Below are positions 34,674-43,671 of a stretch of DNA of 64,000 nt, piece after piece. The stretch's first letter is position 1, and each line of letters begins with the position of its first letter. The notes beneath the pieces are model-generated. The model was not told the origin of the DNA. It saw only the letters and a program-made list of their open reading frames with translations, and did no database searches. Where the stretch lies: positions 146,183 through 210,182 of the forward strand of contig OY970149.1 of assembly GCA_963706095.1 (NCBI GenBank), given 5' to 3'. The DNA comes from an uncultured Chloroflexia bacterium (GTDB lineage: Bacteria > Chloroflexota > Limnocylindria > Limnocylindrales > CSP1-4). A program made the translations under genes and the position numbers.

Positions 34674-35954
34674 TTAACGCGGTGCCGTGGCTCGGCCGGT
34701 GATCGCGAAGGTTCGGATGGCCGCATGGCCGCGAAGTTCGGTTTCGGCCTGAGCCTCGCACGTGAATTGCTGGTGGACCAGCTTCCACGTCTGCTCACTG
34801 ACGAGGACCTGGCCGGGCTTGCTCAAACCCTCCAGTCGACTGGCGACGTTGACCGTGTCACCCCATAGGTCGAACGCCAGCTTGCGCGAACCGATGACTC
34901 CGCCGACCACGGGCCCGGAGTGGACGCCGATGCGGACCGTCAATTCTTGCCCGGCGATTGGACGTGAGGTGGCCTCTTCGATCATGTCCAGGCCGAGACC
35001 CACAATCCTTACGGCCTGGTCCGCCGTGTCCCCACCCAGGCCACCGACGGCCATGTAGCTGTCACCGATCGTCTTGACCTTCTCCAAACCGCGATCGGCG
35101 ACGAGGTCGTCGAACGCTGAGAAGAGCCAGCTGAGCATTCCGACAACATCGCGCGGCTCGAGACGCGATGCGAGCGGCGTGAAACCGACGATGTCGGCGA
35201 ACAGCACCGACACCATCGGGTATTCGTCGGCGATCGACACCTCTCCGTTGCGCAAACGGGCTGCGATCGGCTCGGGCAGGATGTTGAGGATCAGGCGCTC
35301 GGACTTGGCGCTCTCTTCCTGAAGGAGCTGACTCTGATCCCGGATCAAGAGCTCCTGGAAGTACAGGCGTCGGCGGCTGCTCTCGAATATTCGAAGCGCG
35401 AGCAGGGTGCCGACCGCTGCAGCGCCGAAGAGCAGCACGTCGAGGGCCAGGTTGGATGGACCTGCATACAGGGCGACGGCAACCAGAAAGCCGATGGCTA
35501 CCACGCCGGTACGCACGGCCGCATAGATGAATCGCGTACGGGCAACGAACCCCCAGGCGAAGAGCAGCGTCGTAGCGGCAACGCCGTAGCCCGGCAGTGC
35601 CCCGCCAGCCAGCGCCAGGGCGAGGATCACGATCCCGTTCGCCGACGTCAGGATCATGGCCAGCGTGTGCTGGCGATCGAGGGTATGCGCCCAACGTGAA
35701 AGTGCCGCAACTACGAAGCCGGCCAGCGACATGGCGGCGCCGACTGCAATCGCGAATGGAACATCCAGGTCGGTCGCTGCAGGCAGCAGCACGGTCGCCA
35801 TTGCCCAAACGACACCCGAAGCCAGCGCGATCGTTCGAAAGCCGTTCAGGCTTTCACGTCCGGCATCAAGCTGGTAGCGACGCTCCAGCTCCGTGTCGAC
35901 GAAGCTCAATGTCAGCGAGTGCTGCGCCCCTCGCGTTGCGACTGACATAAACAC
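34674..35954 (-). CDS. Membrane-anchored class III adenylate/guanylate cyclase (6TM plus CHD)
   Basis: Six N-terminal TM segments, then VSVLFADIVGFTPL...KTIGDSYMAVGGL...GVHSGPVVGGVIG...WGDTVNVASRLE. Confidence 0.85.
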   Translation of the reverse strand: MFMSVATRGAQHSLTLSFVDTELERRYQLDAGRESLNGFRTIALASGVVWAMATVLLPAATDLDVPFAIAVGAAMSLAGFVVAALSRWAHTLDRQHTLAMILTSANGIVILALALAGGALPGYGVAATTLLFAWGFVARTRFIYAAVRTGVVAIGFLVAVALYAGPSNLALDVLLFGAAAVGTLLALRIFESSRRRLYFQELLIRDQSQLLQEESAKSERLILNILPEPIAARLRNGEVSIADEYPMVSVLFADIVGFTPLASRLEPRDVVGMLSWLFSAFDDLVADRGLEKVKTIGDSYMAVGGLGGDTADQAVRIVGLGLDMIEEATSRPIAGQELTVRIGVHSGPVVGGVIGSRKLAFDLWGDTVNVASRLEGLSKPGQVLVSEQTWKLVHQQFTCEAQAETELRGHAAIRTFAITGRATAPR

Positions 35955-36073
35955 AGACTAGGCGCGCTCCGAGACGGTAGCGACGCATTCCCGGCCTGGG
36001 CGACCACCGCGCGTCGGTTAGGCAGTTTGGGGTAGTTGTCAAAGCGGCGGCGGTCGGTGACGCTGTCCGGGTC

Positions 36074-36823
36074 GTGCGCACCGCCGGTCGGGCATGGGTA
36101 GTCGCCGCTGTTTTCGCATTGGCCGTCGGCGCCTGCTCGCCGCCGCCTCAATCGACGCCGGGAGCCAGCCCCGCCTCGAAGACTCAGCCGCCGCCTGGTT
36201 CGGGCGCGTCCGTGTCTCCCGCGACGGATGCTCCGGCGAGCGCCCCATCGGATGCCCCGACGGCTGGGCCGACGACGGGCGCTCCGCCGGTCGATGCAGC
36301 GGCCATCGACGCGGCCAGGCAAGTGATCGCAGTCGCGGACCTGTCCGATCCCGCCACGATCGACGAGATCGGCGCGACACTGCGCTTCACCGCGGCAGGG
36401 GAGTGGGCGGCACGAGAGATCCTCGCCACTGACGCCGCGACGGACGTGCTCTGGGCCGCGCTGTGGGTCTACGGATCGGGCGGCCGCGATCCCGCGCCAC
36501 TCCAGCCCTTGCTCGGTCACGACAGCCCGTCGCTCCGCACGATGGCGGCCGCATCGCTGATCGCCCTCGGAGACGGATCGGGATTCGCCGTCCTGAGTGA
36601 AGCCCTCTCGAACGAACAGCCGCTGCTCGGCTCGGAGCCGCCGATCACGCTCCAGCTTTTCGCGATGCAGACGCTGCAGAGCTACGTCGCCGCGGATGGT
36701 GTTCCGACTGAGCCCGAATCCGAGGAAGCCACCGCAGGCACGCTGGACGATTGGGCGAGCTGGCTCGAGGCAAATGCCGATCAGTTGAGCTTCGACGCCG
36801 CCCAGGGGCTGTGGATCCTGTGA
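36074..36823 (+). CDS. Lipoprotein with HEAT-like repeat (cassette copy B, gene 1)
   Basis: Lipobox AVGAC, a Pro-rich linker and HDSPSLRTMAAASLIALGDGSGFAVLSEAL. It aligns along its length with 30030-30770. Confidence 0.7.
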   Translation: MRTAGRAWVVAAVFALAVGACSPPPQSTPGASPASKTQPPPGSGASVSPATDAPASAPSDAPTAGPTTGAPPVDAAAIDAARQVIAVADLSDPATIDEIGATLRFTAAGEWAAREILATDAATDVLWAALWVYGSGGRDPAPLQPLLGHDSPSLRTMAAASLIALGDGSGFAVLSEALSNEQPLLGSEPPITLQLFAMQTLQSYVAADGVPTEPESEEATAGTLDDWASWLEANADQLSFDAAQGLWIL

Positions 36824-37935
36824 TGGCGAAGCGCTGGCTACGAATCGGACTGATCGCGACCCTCTTCGCCGCGCTGCTGACGCCCGGTGCCACACCCACA
36901 GCGAACGTCGACGCTGCATCTCCCGAGGGCGCGATCACGTGGACCGTGGACCACGAGGCGAAGACGATCAGCGTCATGGTCCGTATCGAGATCTACTCGG
37001 GCTGCAGTGGCGATCCGTACGGCACGGACGCAGAGCAGGCCTCGGCGTGCGACCTGCCGCGATCGATGCTGGGTGGGCCGACTCAATTCCTCGCTGACAA
37101 GATCAAGCGCGGGGTCGAACGCATCTGGAACAAGCCCTATCACTACTTCTGCTACGAGCTCCGGTTCGAGATCGACGTCAAGCTCGGCACGGATCGCGGA
37201 TCGGTCTCCGATGATCGAATCGGAGTCCGCATCGACCCCTCGCCGGCGGGCATCCGCTCGTACGTCCACACCAGCTCGCACGCCGCCGACACCTGGCAGA
37301 GCGAGGATCCCGCGGACCGCATTCAGCCCGAAAACGGCGGCGCAGAGACGACCTGGGCCGAGACCTCTAGCGCACACACCTTCGCGCACGAGTACGGCCA
37401 CCTGATCGGCCTGCACGACGCTTACCACGATGTCCCGTCGGAGTTCGTGCCCGGTGAGATCAGCAGCGAGCCGCTGGCCGGCGCTCCAATCGATCTGATG
37501 TCATCGCATCGCGAGACGATCTCGCAGGAAACGATCGACAAGGTCGTCCGGCGCAACTTCCCGGAGATGCGCGACACGAACGGCAACCCGGTGACCGAGG
37601 AAGACATCAGGTGCGATTACCAGGGCGTTTGGACCGGGACGCACATGACGGGCACGATCCGCTACTGCGGCAAGACTGAGAACCCGTACTGGGGGATGGA
37701 CCTGACCGGCGACAACGGGGATCGCGCGTTCGTGTCGTATCTCATCCCTCCCGGATCGGAGGAGCAGGTGCAGGGCGAGATAACGACGCCTTTCGTCACG
37801 AATTACACCCGATACCTGCCGGGCGTCGGCGCGTTCATCCCCGGCGACCCGCCCCACTTCCTCGTGGACATCGTCGAGGGCACGTTCATTGTCGAGCTCG
37901 AAGAGGGCACTTTCTGCAACTACGCACCCCGCTAG
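36823..37935 (+). CDS. Secreted zincin metalloprotease, family not recognised (cassette copy B, gene 2)
   Basis: ATG at 36823 shares one base with the TGA of gene 1 (TGATG). AHEYGHLIGLHDAYHD, IDLMS and the same six Cys as copy A. Confidence 0.75.
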   Translation: MAKRWLRIGLIATLFAALLTPGATPTANVDAASPEGAITWTVDHEAKTISVMVRIEIYSGCSGDPYGTDAEQASACDLPRSMLGGPTQFLADKIKRGVERIWNKPYHYFCYELRFEIDVKLGTDRGSVSDDRIGVRIDPSPAGIRSYVHTSSHAADTWQSEDPADRIQPENGGAETTWAETSSAHTFAHEYGHLIGLHDAYHDVPSEFVPGEISSEPLAGAPIDLMSSHRETISQETIDKVVRRNFPEMRDTNGNPVTEEDIRCDYQGVWTGTHMTGTIRYCGKTENPYWGMDLTGDNGDRAFVSYLIPPGSEEQVQGEITTPFVTNYTRYLPGVGAFIPGDPPHFLVDIVEGTFIVELEEGTFCNYAPR

Positions 37936-37968
37936 CGGCGGTCGCGCCACAAGGCACCCGGTGGCCCT

Positions 37969-38334
37969 TCAGCCCGCGTCGCGAACTCGTAGTGCGCGGA
38001 TGCCTTCAAAATCGCGCGTGTTCCGAGTGACCAGCGTCAGTTTGTGCTCCAACGCGGTGGCCGCGATCAAAGCGTCCGGCAGACGTCGTGCGCTGTCCCG
38101 TCGTAGCCGGCCCGCACGTTCCGCGATCGCGGCGTCGACCGGAAGTTCGATCATGGGCTGAAGGAGCCGCCGAATTCGCCTCTCCTCGACACCACGGCCG
38201 GAGAAAAGCTCGGCGCGCGTCACCGTTGATACGTGGACCTGGTCCCGACTGGCCATGAGGCGCCGATGGCCTCGCAGGTGGTCGATCAGGACGTCAGTGT
38301 CAACCAGGATCCGCGCCACGGTCCCACTCGTCAC
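37969..38334 (-). CDS. vapC: PIN-domain toxin, VapC family
   Basis: ILVDTDVLIDHL...TRAELF...IAATALEHKLTLVTRNTRDF. GTG start that overlaps the antitoxin gene. Confidence 0.8.
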   Translation of the reverse strand: MTSGTVARILVDTDVLIDHLRGHRRLMASRDQVHVSTVTRAELFSGRGVEERRIRRLLQPMIELPVDAAIAERAGRLRRDSARRLPDALIAATALEHKLTLVTRNTRDFEGIRALRVRDAG

Positions 38335-38533
38335 GGCTGGGGAGCTCCAACTCCGGCAGTGCGCCGAAGGTCTCTTCCAGGGCGGCGTCGATATCCGCCA
38401 CGTCGTCGGCCAGATAGACCTCGACGGCTTCGCGGATCAGCCGAGCCATGGGTGCGCCTGTGCGCCGACCACGCGCGTCGAGTCGACGCCGGAGATCGTC
38501 GGTCAGATAGATCTGGGTTCTCGTGCTTGCCAT
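38300..38533 (-). CDS. Ribbon-helix-helix (CopG-like) antitoxin
   Basis: MASTRTQIYLTDDLRRRLDARGRRTGAPMARLIREAV is a typical RHH N-terminus. ATG at 38533 is preferred over 38554. Confidence 0.75.
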   Translation of the reverse strand: MASTRTQIYLTDDLRRRLDARGRRTGAPMARLIREAVEVYLADDVADIDAALEETFGALPELELPSRDEWDRGADPG

Positions 38534-38620
38534 ATACAGCACAGCATACATCACGAGTTGTCGCGCGCTGGTCCTCGAGAGGCCCAGGCAGGCGGTCTCC
38601 CGCCCGCCACTTCGATCGGT

Positions 38621-38824
38621 CTAGTTGTGGCCTTCCTGGCCTTGCTGCTCAGCCTGAGCCATAACGACCTGGCGGGCGGTCATGCCCATGTTGCGCAATG
38701 ACTCCTCGACCGACTGTCCGTTGGCCTCGCCGGCCCGCTGCACGTCGTCGAGCGTGATGTTCGCTTCCTTGCCGTGGCTCTCGTTCGGCTCACCGCAGCC
38801 GCAGTTCAAACACATCGTCTTCAT
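38621..38824 (-). CDS. Small Cys/His-containing hypothetical protein (67 aa)
   Basis: MKTMCLNCGCGEPNESHGKEANITLDD... The ATG at 38824 leaves the upstream gene unoverlapped. Coding status is moderately supported only. Confidence 0.45.
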   Translation of the reverse strand: MKTMCLNCGCGEPNESHGKEANITLDDVQRAGEANGQSVEESLRNMGMTARQVVMAQAEQQGQEGHN

Positions 38825-38855
38825 CGCCCTTTCATCGTTGGAGTGAGCGCCGACA

Positions 38856-39281
38856 CTAACGCTTCTGCCACGGACCCACGCCGCTGACGCGTTCGACCCG
38901 AATGTGGGTGATGTATCCGGGCGGCGGATCGGGCATCTGCGGGAAGACGACTTCCGGTCCAAGGTAGGTGTGTGCCAGCTGCTGGAGCATGTCTGCTGCG
39001 CCTCCCTCTGTGATCCGCGCCGTGCCGTTGATCACCAGGTACTCGAGCAGGCCCCATTCGTTGATCGTGGTCGACGGCACGTACAGGGCGACTCGCGGGT
39101 CGCGCTGGATGTTGCGCAGCTTGTGGGCGTCGGACAGCGTGGCAAAGACGATCTCCGAGTCCTCGACCGCTACCCAGGCTGCCGTTACGTGCGGAGAGCC
39201 GTCGGCGTTGAGCGTCACGAGGGTCGCAACGGCGTCCGAGGCGAGCAGCTCGAGCGCGGCGTCAGAGAGTGCGTCTGTCAT
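38856..39281 (-). CDS. PPOX-class F420-dependent oxidoreductase-like protein
   Basis: ATLVTLNADGSPHVTAAWVAVEDSEIVFATLSDAHKLRNIQRDPRVALYV is typical of the TIGR03618-type family. ATG at 39281. Confidence 0.8.
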   Translation of the reverse strand: MTDALSDAALELLASDAVATLVTLNADGSPHVTAAWVAVEDSEIVFATLSDAHKLRNIQRDPRVALYVPSTTINEWGLLEYLVINGTARITEGGAADMLQQLAHTYLGPEVVFPQMPDPPPGYITHIRVERVSGVGPWQKR

Positions 39282-39301
39282 CGGTTGACCATAATCGAGC
39301 C

Positions 39302-39688
39302 GTGGCTGAGCTCGAAGGCAGCGGCGAGACTCGCGTAGACCGGTGGCTCTGTGCCGTCCGGCTGGTGAAGACACGACCGATGGCGACCCAGCTATGCGAC
39401 GGCGGCCACGTCCGAGTGAACGGCCATCCAGCGAAGCCATCCACGAAGGTCAAGCCCGGGGACGAGGTGCGCGCCCTGATCGCCACCCGCCAGCGGATCG
39501 TCGATGTCGTGCGGCCGATCCAGACGCGTGTCGGCGCGCCGGCCGCGGCCGGGTGCTATGTCGACAGGAGCCCAGCACCGGTCGTCACCCAGGTCGCTCC
39601 CGGCATCAAGGCCGTCCGTGGCGAGGGCCGACCGAGCAAACGCCTCCGCCGCGAATTGGAGCGAATACACCGCAACGCCGGCGGCTGA
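39302..39688 (+). CDS. S4-domain RNA-binding protein (Hsp15-like)
   Basis: RVDRWLCAVRLVKTRPMATQLCDGGHVRVNGHPAKPSTKVKPGDEV. The start is uncertain, with GTG at 39302 or 39269. Confidence 0.7.
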   Translation: MAELEGSGETRVDRWLCAVRLVKTRPMATQLCDGGHVRVNGHPAKPSTKVKPGDEVRALIATRQRIVDVVRPIQTRVGAPAAAGCYVDRSPAPVVTQVAPGIKAVRGEGRPSKRLRRELERIHRNAGG

Positions 39689-39694
39689 GCCGAG

Positions 39695-40315
39695 TTACAG
39701 GCGGGCGGCCACCTGCCCGCAGAGCACGAGCGTGCGGGGCTCCGGGTCGGTCGCGTAACCGTCGCCCGGCGTCATCACGAGCTCCATCAGGACATCGCCC
39801 TTCAACACGACGCACTCGCCATTGCCGACGGTGAACCCGTCGTCGCCCACCCCGGCGAGATCGGTGAGCGAACCGAATTGAGATCTCTCCGTCTTGTACG
39901 CCTCCCACAGGTCACCGGGATTCGGGAAGGTGCTGACCAGGACATCGCCATCGTCGCCGGAGGTATTCCTGAGCCAGCACTGCCGTCCCGATCCGAGCGT
40001 CGGGGTGCTGACCAGCTCGTGCGTTCCGTCCGCCATCGGCACCAGGGTTGCGGCACTGGCCTCAGCGACGGTAACCAGCGCGCACGGGTCCGGCAGCGAC
40101 CCCGTGGCGTCCGTCGGTTCAGGTTCCTCGGTCGGACTGGTTGTCGCCGTGGCCGCTGGAGCAGTTGGTCCGCGCGTTGGGACAACCGCCCGTGCGCTGG
40201 CCGTGGCCGTGGCCGCCGGAGTCCCCGTAGGCACAGACGGACCCGTGGGCGCTGGCGCGCCAGGTCCGCATCCCACGATCAGAGCCGCCATCAATCCGAC
40301 GAGCACTCGCTTCAT
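39695..40315 (-). CDS. Lipoprotein (DUF3558-like, tentative)
   Basis: Lipobox LIVGC, a Pro/Thr/Ala linker and a DPCALVT... pattern with conserved Cys. Confidence 0.6.
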   Translation of the reverse strand: MKRVLVGLMAALIVGCGPGAPAPTGPSVPTGTPAATATASARAVVPTRGPTAPAATATTSPTEEPEPTDATGSLPDPCALVTVAEASAATLVPMADGTHELVSTPTLGSGRQCWLRNTSGDDGDVLVSTFPNPGDLWEAYKTERSQFGSLTDLAGVGDDGFTVGNGECVVLKGDVLMELVMTPGDGYATDPEPRTLVLCGQVAARL

Positions 40316-40429
40316 GACCGGTACCTCGGCTGCGATACCCCGCCACCCTAGTGCGGACAGCGCGACGCCAGCAATAAGCGGTTGGTGCTATCGCGTGGAG
40401 CCAGCCGTCTGCATGGACGATCGAGACAC

Positions 40430-41299
40430 CTAGTCGGCGAGGGGAGCGAATCCAAGCTGGACGAGCACCGTGGCGATCTCCTCGTGTCCTGCGTCGGATG
40501 GATGAATGTAGTCGGCCGTGAGCAGATCGCCTGACGCGGAGCGGCCATCTGCTCCGTTGAAAGCACGCCCAACGTCGCCGCACCCAAAGCCGTTGGCAGC
40601 GGCTGATTCACAGATCATCGTGTTCAACGCCAGGTTGTAGGCGACCGACGCCTCGACGCCCTCCGGAGGGACCTCTCCGCCTTCGAACCCAATCCAGTCG
40701 TTGTACAGGTTGATGGTTCGCAGGATCGTCGGGGCGCCCGCACGCAGCTCGACGATACGCTGGAATACTTCGGCGAACATCGGCCTCAGGCTCTCCACGT
40801 GCGTCGTTATGCACTCATCCGAATATTCATCCCAGGGCACCATTTCGACGGCGGTGGCCGGCCCGTCGCATGCGTCATCGGTGACGTTCCAGGGGGCGTC
40901 GCTCGTTCCGATGGCGACGATGATCGCGTCGGCGGACGTGGCCGCGTCCGTCACGCCGGAGCTTTGTTCAAGGTCTCGCACTAGATCCGCGACCTTGAGT
41001 GATGGACGAGCTACGTTGCGCACAGTTACCGACCTTCCGGTCTCCGCTCCGAGCGCATCGGCATAGCGGTCGACGAACGGCGTGCAGCCAGGACAGATTT
41101 CGCCTGGCTCTGCGGCGATCGAATCACCAAAAGCGGCAAGCATGAGCTCCGCCTCAGAAGTTGCCGGAGAGTGGGAACTTTCCGGTGGTTGGGCGGTGGT
41201 CGGCGGCTGGGCCGTGGCCAGCTGGTTGCCGCAGCCAGCCATGAGAAGAATTAACCCGAAAGCCAGCGGGTTTGGCTTCGCATTACCGCGTCGGCCCAT
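40430..41299 (-). CDS. SGNH/GDSL hydrolase-family lipoprotein
   Basis: Lipobox LMAGC, block [12 protein letters not shown] and block [15 protein letters not shown]. Confidence 0.8.
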   Translation of the reverse strand: MGRRGNAKPNPLAFGLILLMAGCGNQLATAQPPTTAQPPESSHSPATSEAELMLAAFGDSIAAEPGEICPGCTPFVDRYADALGAETGRSVTVRNVARPSLKVADLVRDLEQSSGVTDAATSADAIIVAIGTSDAPWNVTDDACDGPATAVEMVPWDEYSDECITTHVESLRPMFAEVFQRIVELRAGAPTILRTINLYNDWIGFEGGEVPPEGVEASVAYNLALNTMICESAAANGFGCGDVGRAFNGADGRSASGDLLTADYIHPSDAGHEEIATVLVQLGFAPLAD

Positions 41300-41367
41300 G
41301 GTCGCCGGAGTATGCCGTACGCCCAGACGCCAGTAAACAGACGCCAGCATCGGTTAGGTTTTCTCAG

Positions 41368-42390
41368 ATGAGGCTTGACGATTTTCCGCGCGTGTCGCTG
41401 ATGTTCGGGCCATCGCCCGTACATCCGCTGCCGCGGCTATCCGCAGCGCTGGGCGGCAAGGTCGAGATCTGGGCCAAGCGCGAGGACTGCAACAGCGGCA
41501 TCGCGTTCGGCGGCAACAAGGTGCGCAAGCTCGAGTACCTCGCGGCCGACGCGTTGGCAAAGGGCTGTGACACGCTCGTTTCGATCGGCGGCATCCAGTC
41601 GAATCACACGCGCGCGGTTACCGGTGTGGCGCGACACGTGGGCCTGAACGTGGTCACCGTCCAGGAGCATTGGGTCGACTGGGACGACCCGGGCTACGAG
41701 ACTGTCGGAAATATCCAGCTGACGCGGATCATGGGCGGCGACGTGCGCATCGACCCCGCGGGCTTCGACATCGGCATCCGCGATTCGTGGCGCGAGGCTC
41801 TCGAGTCGGTCGAACAGGCAGGCGGAAAGCCGTATCCGATCCCCGCCGGCGCGTCGGACCATCCGCTCGGAGGCCTCGGCTTCGCCAACTGGGTGCGCGA
41901 GGTCGCGGCGCAGGAATCGGAGCTGGGCGTCTTCTTCGACACCGTGATCGTGTGCACGGTTACCGGGTCCACGCAGGCAGGCATGATCGCGGGCACAGCG
42001 CTGGAGGGGAGGGGCGACCGCCGAGTGATCGGTATCGATGCCTCCAAGACGTTGGAGAAGACTCTGGACCAGGTGACCCGAATCGCCCGATTCACAGCGG
42101 AAGCGATCGGGGTCGACCGAGACCTGCGATCCGACGAGATAACGATCGTCGACGGCTACGCGGGACCGATCTACGGCGTGCCCGACGAGCAGACGATCGA
42201 GGCCATTCAACTGGCCGCACGGACCGAGGGCATGCTCACCGACCCGGTCTACGAGGGCAAGTCGATGGCCGGGTTGATCGGCATGGTCCGATCAGGCGAG
42301 ATTCCGGCCCGTTCGCGCGTGTTGTACGCCCACCTCGGCGGCCAGCCCGCGCTTTCCGCATACGCCCACACACCCGGACTCGGCGGCTGA
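41368..42390 (+). CDS. acdS: 1-aminocyclopropane-1-carboxylate deaminase / D-cysteine desulfhydrase family (ACC deaminase-like)
   Basis: [11 protein letters not shown] (PLP Lys), [21 protein letters not shown] and [11 protein letters not shown] match the AcdS hallmark context, including the Glu and Leu used to separate AcdS from D-cysteine desulfhydrase. Confidence 0.75.
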   Translation: MRLDDFPRVSLMFGPSPVHPLPRLSAALGGKVEIWAKREDCNSGIAFGGNKVRKLEYLAADALAKGCDTLVSIGGIQSNHTRAVTGVARHVGLNVVTVQEHWVDWDDPGYETVGNIQLTRIMGGDVRIDPAGFDIGIRDSWREALESVEQAGGKPYPIPAGASDHPLGGLGFANWVREVAAQESELGVFFDTVIVCTVTGSTQAGMIAGTALEGRGDRRVIGIDASKTLEKTLDQVTRIARFTAEAIGVDRDLRSDEITIVDGYAGPIYGVPDEQTIEAIQLAARTEGMLTDPVYEGKSMAGLIGMVRSGEIPARSRVLYAHLGGQPALSAYAHTPGLGG

Positions 42391-42392
42391 CG

Positions 42393-42839
42393 GTGCAGGT
42401 CCGTGAGGCTTGGGCTTCGCATCGGAGCCAGATCGCGGGAAGCCTGCTGTCACTCGACGGGATCCTCTTGGGACTGACCGGAGTGGTGGCACTGTTCGGC
42501 GCATTCAGCGCCTTCCAGGGCGAGGGGCTCGTGCTCTTCATCGCCGGCGTGGCGCTGATCGCATTCGGCGTGATGGTCGTGTTCAGGTGGAACCTGACAG
42601 CCGTGAAAACCGGCCTGGCGGGCATGACCGCCGGCTACTTCGCCTCCGCACTGACGGAGTTCGAGGTGCGCACCGACCCGTGCGACATAGGTGCCACCCT
42701 TGAGCGCTGCGCCAACCACGTCGTCGGAGGCACGCCATACGAGGTCTACCAGGAACCCGTGTTCCTGGCGGTGTTGCTGTTCTTCCTCATCGCGCTCGAG
42801 CCGTACGTCTCCAGGGCACGCGAAACACGCGACCAATAA
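42393..42839 (+). CDS. Hypothetical membrane protein
   Basis: GTG 2 nt after the acdS stop, followed by 3-4 hydrophobic segments. Confidence 0.5.
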   Translation: MQVREAWASHRSQIAGSLLSLDGILLGLTGVVALFGAFSAFQGEGLVLFIAGVALIAFGVMVVFRWNLTAVKTGLAGMTAGYFASALTEFEVRTDPCDIGATLERCANHVVGGTPYEVYQEPVFLAVLLFFLIALEPYVSRARETRDQ

Positions 42840-42843
42840 CGAG

Positions 42844-43671
42844 TCAGCGCATCGAGGTGGCGATCTCCAGAGCCCGCTCCAGCGTGATCGCGCCCTCGAT
42901 CCGGTAGAGGACGCCGTCCCGCTCCCAGGCGAGCGTGTCGCCGACTACCCGGCGGCTTTCCTGGACGAATGTGCCGTCGGGCGCCATATACCAGAAGACA
43001 TGCGGCTCGCCGCTGATCCAGATGCCGGGTGATCCGCCCACATCGACCGCTTCGACCGTTGCGTCACTGCTGTCGACGATCTTCTGGGCCAGCCCTTCGT
43101 CTGCGACCCCCCGATTCTGAGTGACCAGCAGGCCCGCACCCTCGAGCAGGCTGGACTCCGGAAGGTCGTCGCGTGGCGCATAGACAAAAGCCACCTGGCC
43201 CCGCAGCGCGGCGCCGCCCAGGTACGCAGCATCGGGCACACCGAGGCCCTCCGGCAGGAGGACGTCGAAGTCGGCGTCGGCAGCAACCTGCTCCAAAGTG
43301 AGAGGTCGGCCCAGGTCCAGGCCGGCACCGAGGGCTCCGCTCGCGAAAGGCGTGGCCGGTGCGGGCGTATGCGTTGGCAACGGTCGGGATTCGATCGACA
43401 GCAGCCGCAAGCCGAAACCAACCGCCACCACGGTTCCGACTACCAGCAGGCCAAGTGCCGCCGCCAGCAGAAGACTGCGCCGAACGCTCCGCTGGACCGG
43501 TAGCCGGCGTGGGCGCGGCCTCTCGACGGTGACGGTCTGTGCCCGTAACCTCGCGGCGACGGCCGTGGCAAGGTCGGGTGTCGGTGGGAAATCCAGGGCA
43601 GAGGCGAGATCGAAGAGTCGGGCCTCCAGCCGGTCGAGTGGCATGGGTCCGAGTCGGTCGCTCATGGCCAC
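42844..43671 (-). CDS. Anti-sigma-factor-like membrane protein (DUF4367-like C-terminal domain)
   Basis: 10-nt overlap with the upstream ECF sigma gene. A single TM segment (LLLAAALGLLVVGTVVAVGF), then an extracytoplasmic domain ending WERDGVLYRIEG. Confidence 0.65.
   Translation of the reverse strand: MAMSDRLGPMPLDRLEARLFDLASALDFPPTPDLATAVAARLRAQTVTVERPRPRRLPVQRSVRRSLLLAAALGLLVVGTVVAVGFGLRLLSIESRPLPTHTPAPATPFASGALGAGLDLGRPLTLEQVAADADFDVLLPEGLGVPDAAYLGGAALRGQVAFVYAPRDDLPESSLLEGAGLLVTQNRGVADEGLAQKIVDSSDATVEAVDVGGSPGIWISGEPHVFWYMAPDGTFVQESRRVVGDTLAWERDGVLYRIEGAITLERALEIATSMR

Noticed and set aside
35912-36919. 335-aa minus-strand ORF antisense to cassette copy B, gene 1
   Set aside because: It has Arg-rich low-complexity sequence and no motifs. 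The plus-strand frame encodes a lipoprotein with a full-length paralogue.
30030-37935. The duplicated cassette as an insertion sequence or recent segmental repeat
   Set aside because: There is no transposase and there are no terminal inverted repeats. The two copies differ substantially at the nucleotide level, so they are old paralogues rather than a mobile element or an assembly duplication.
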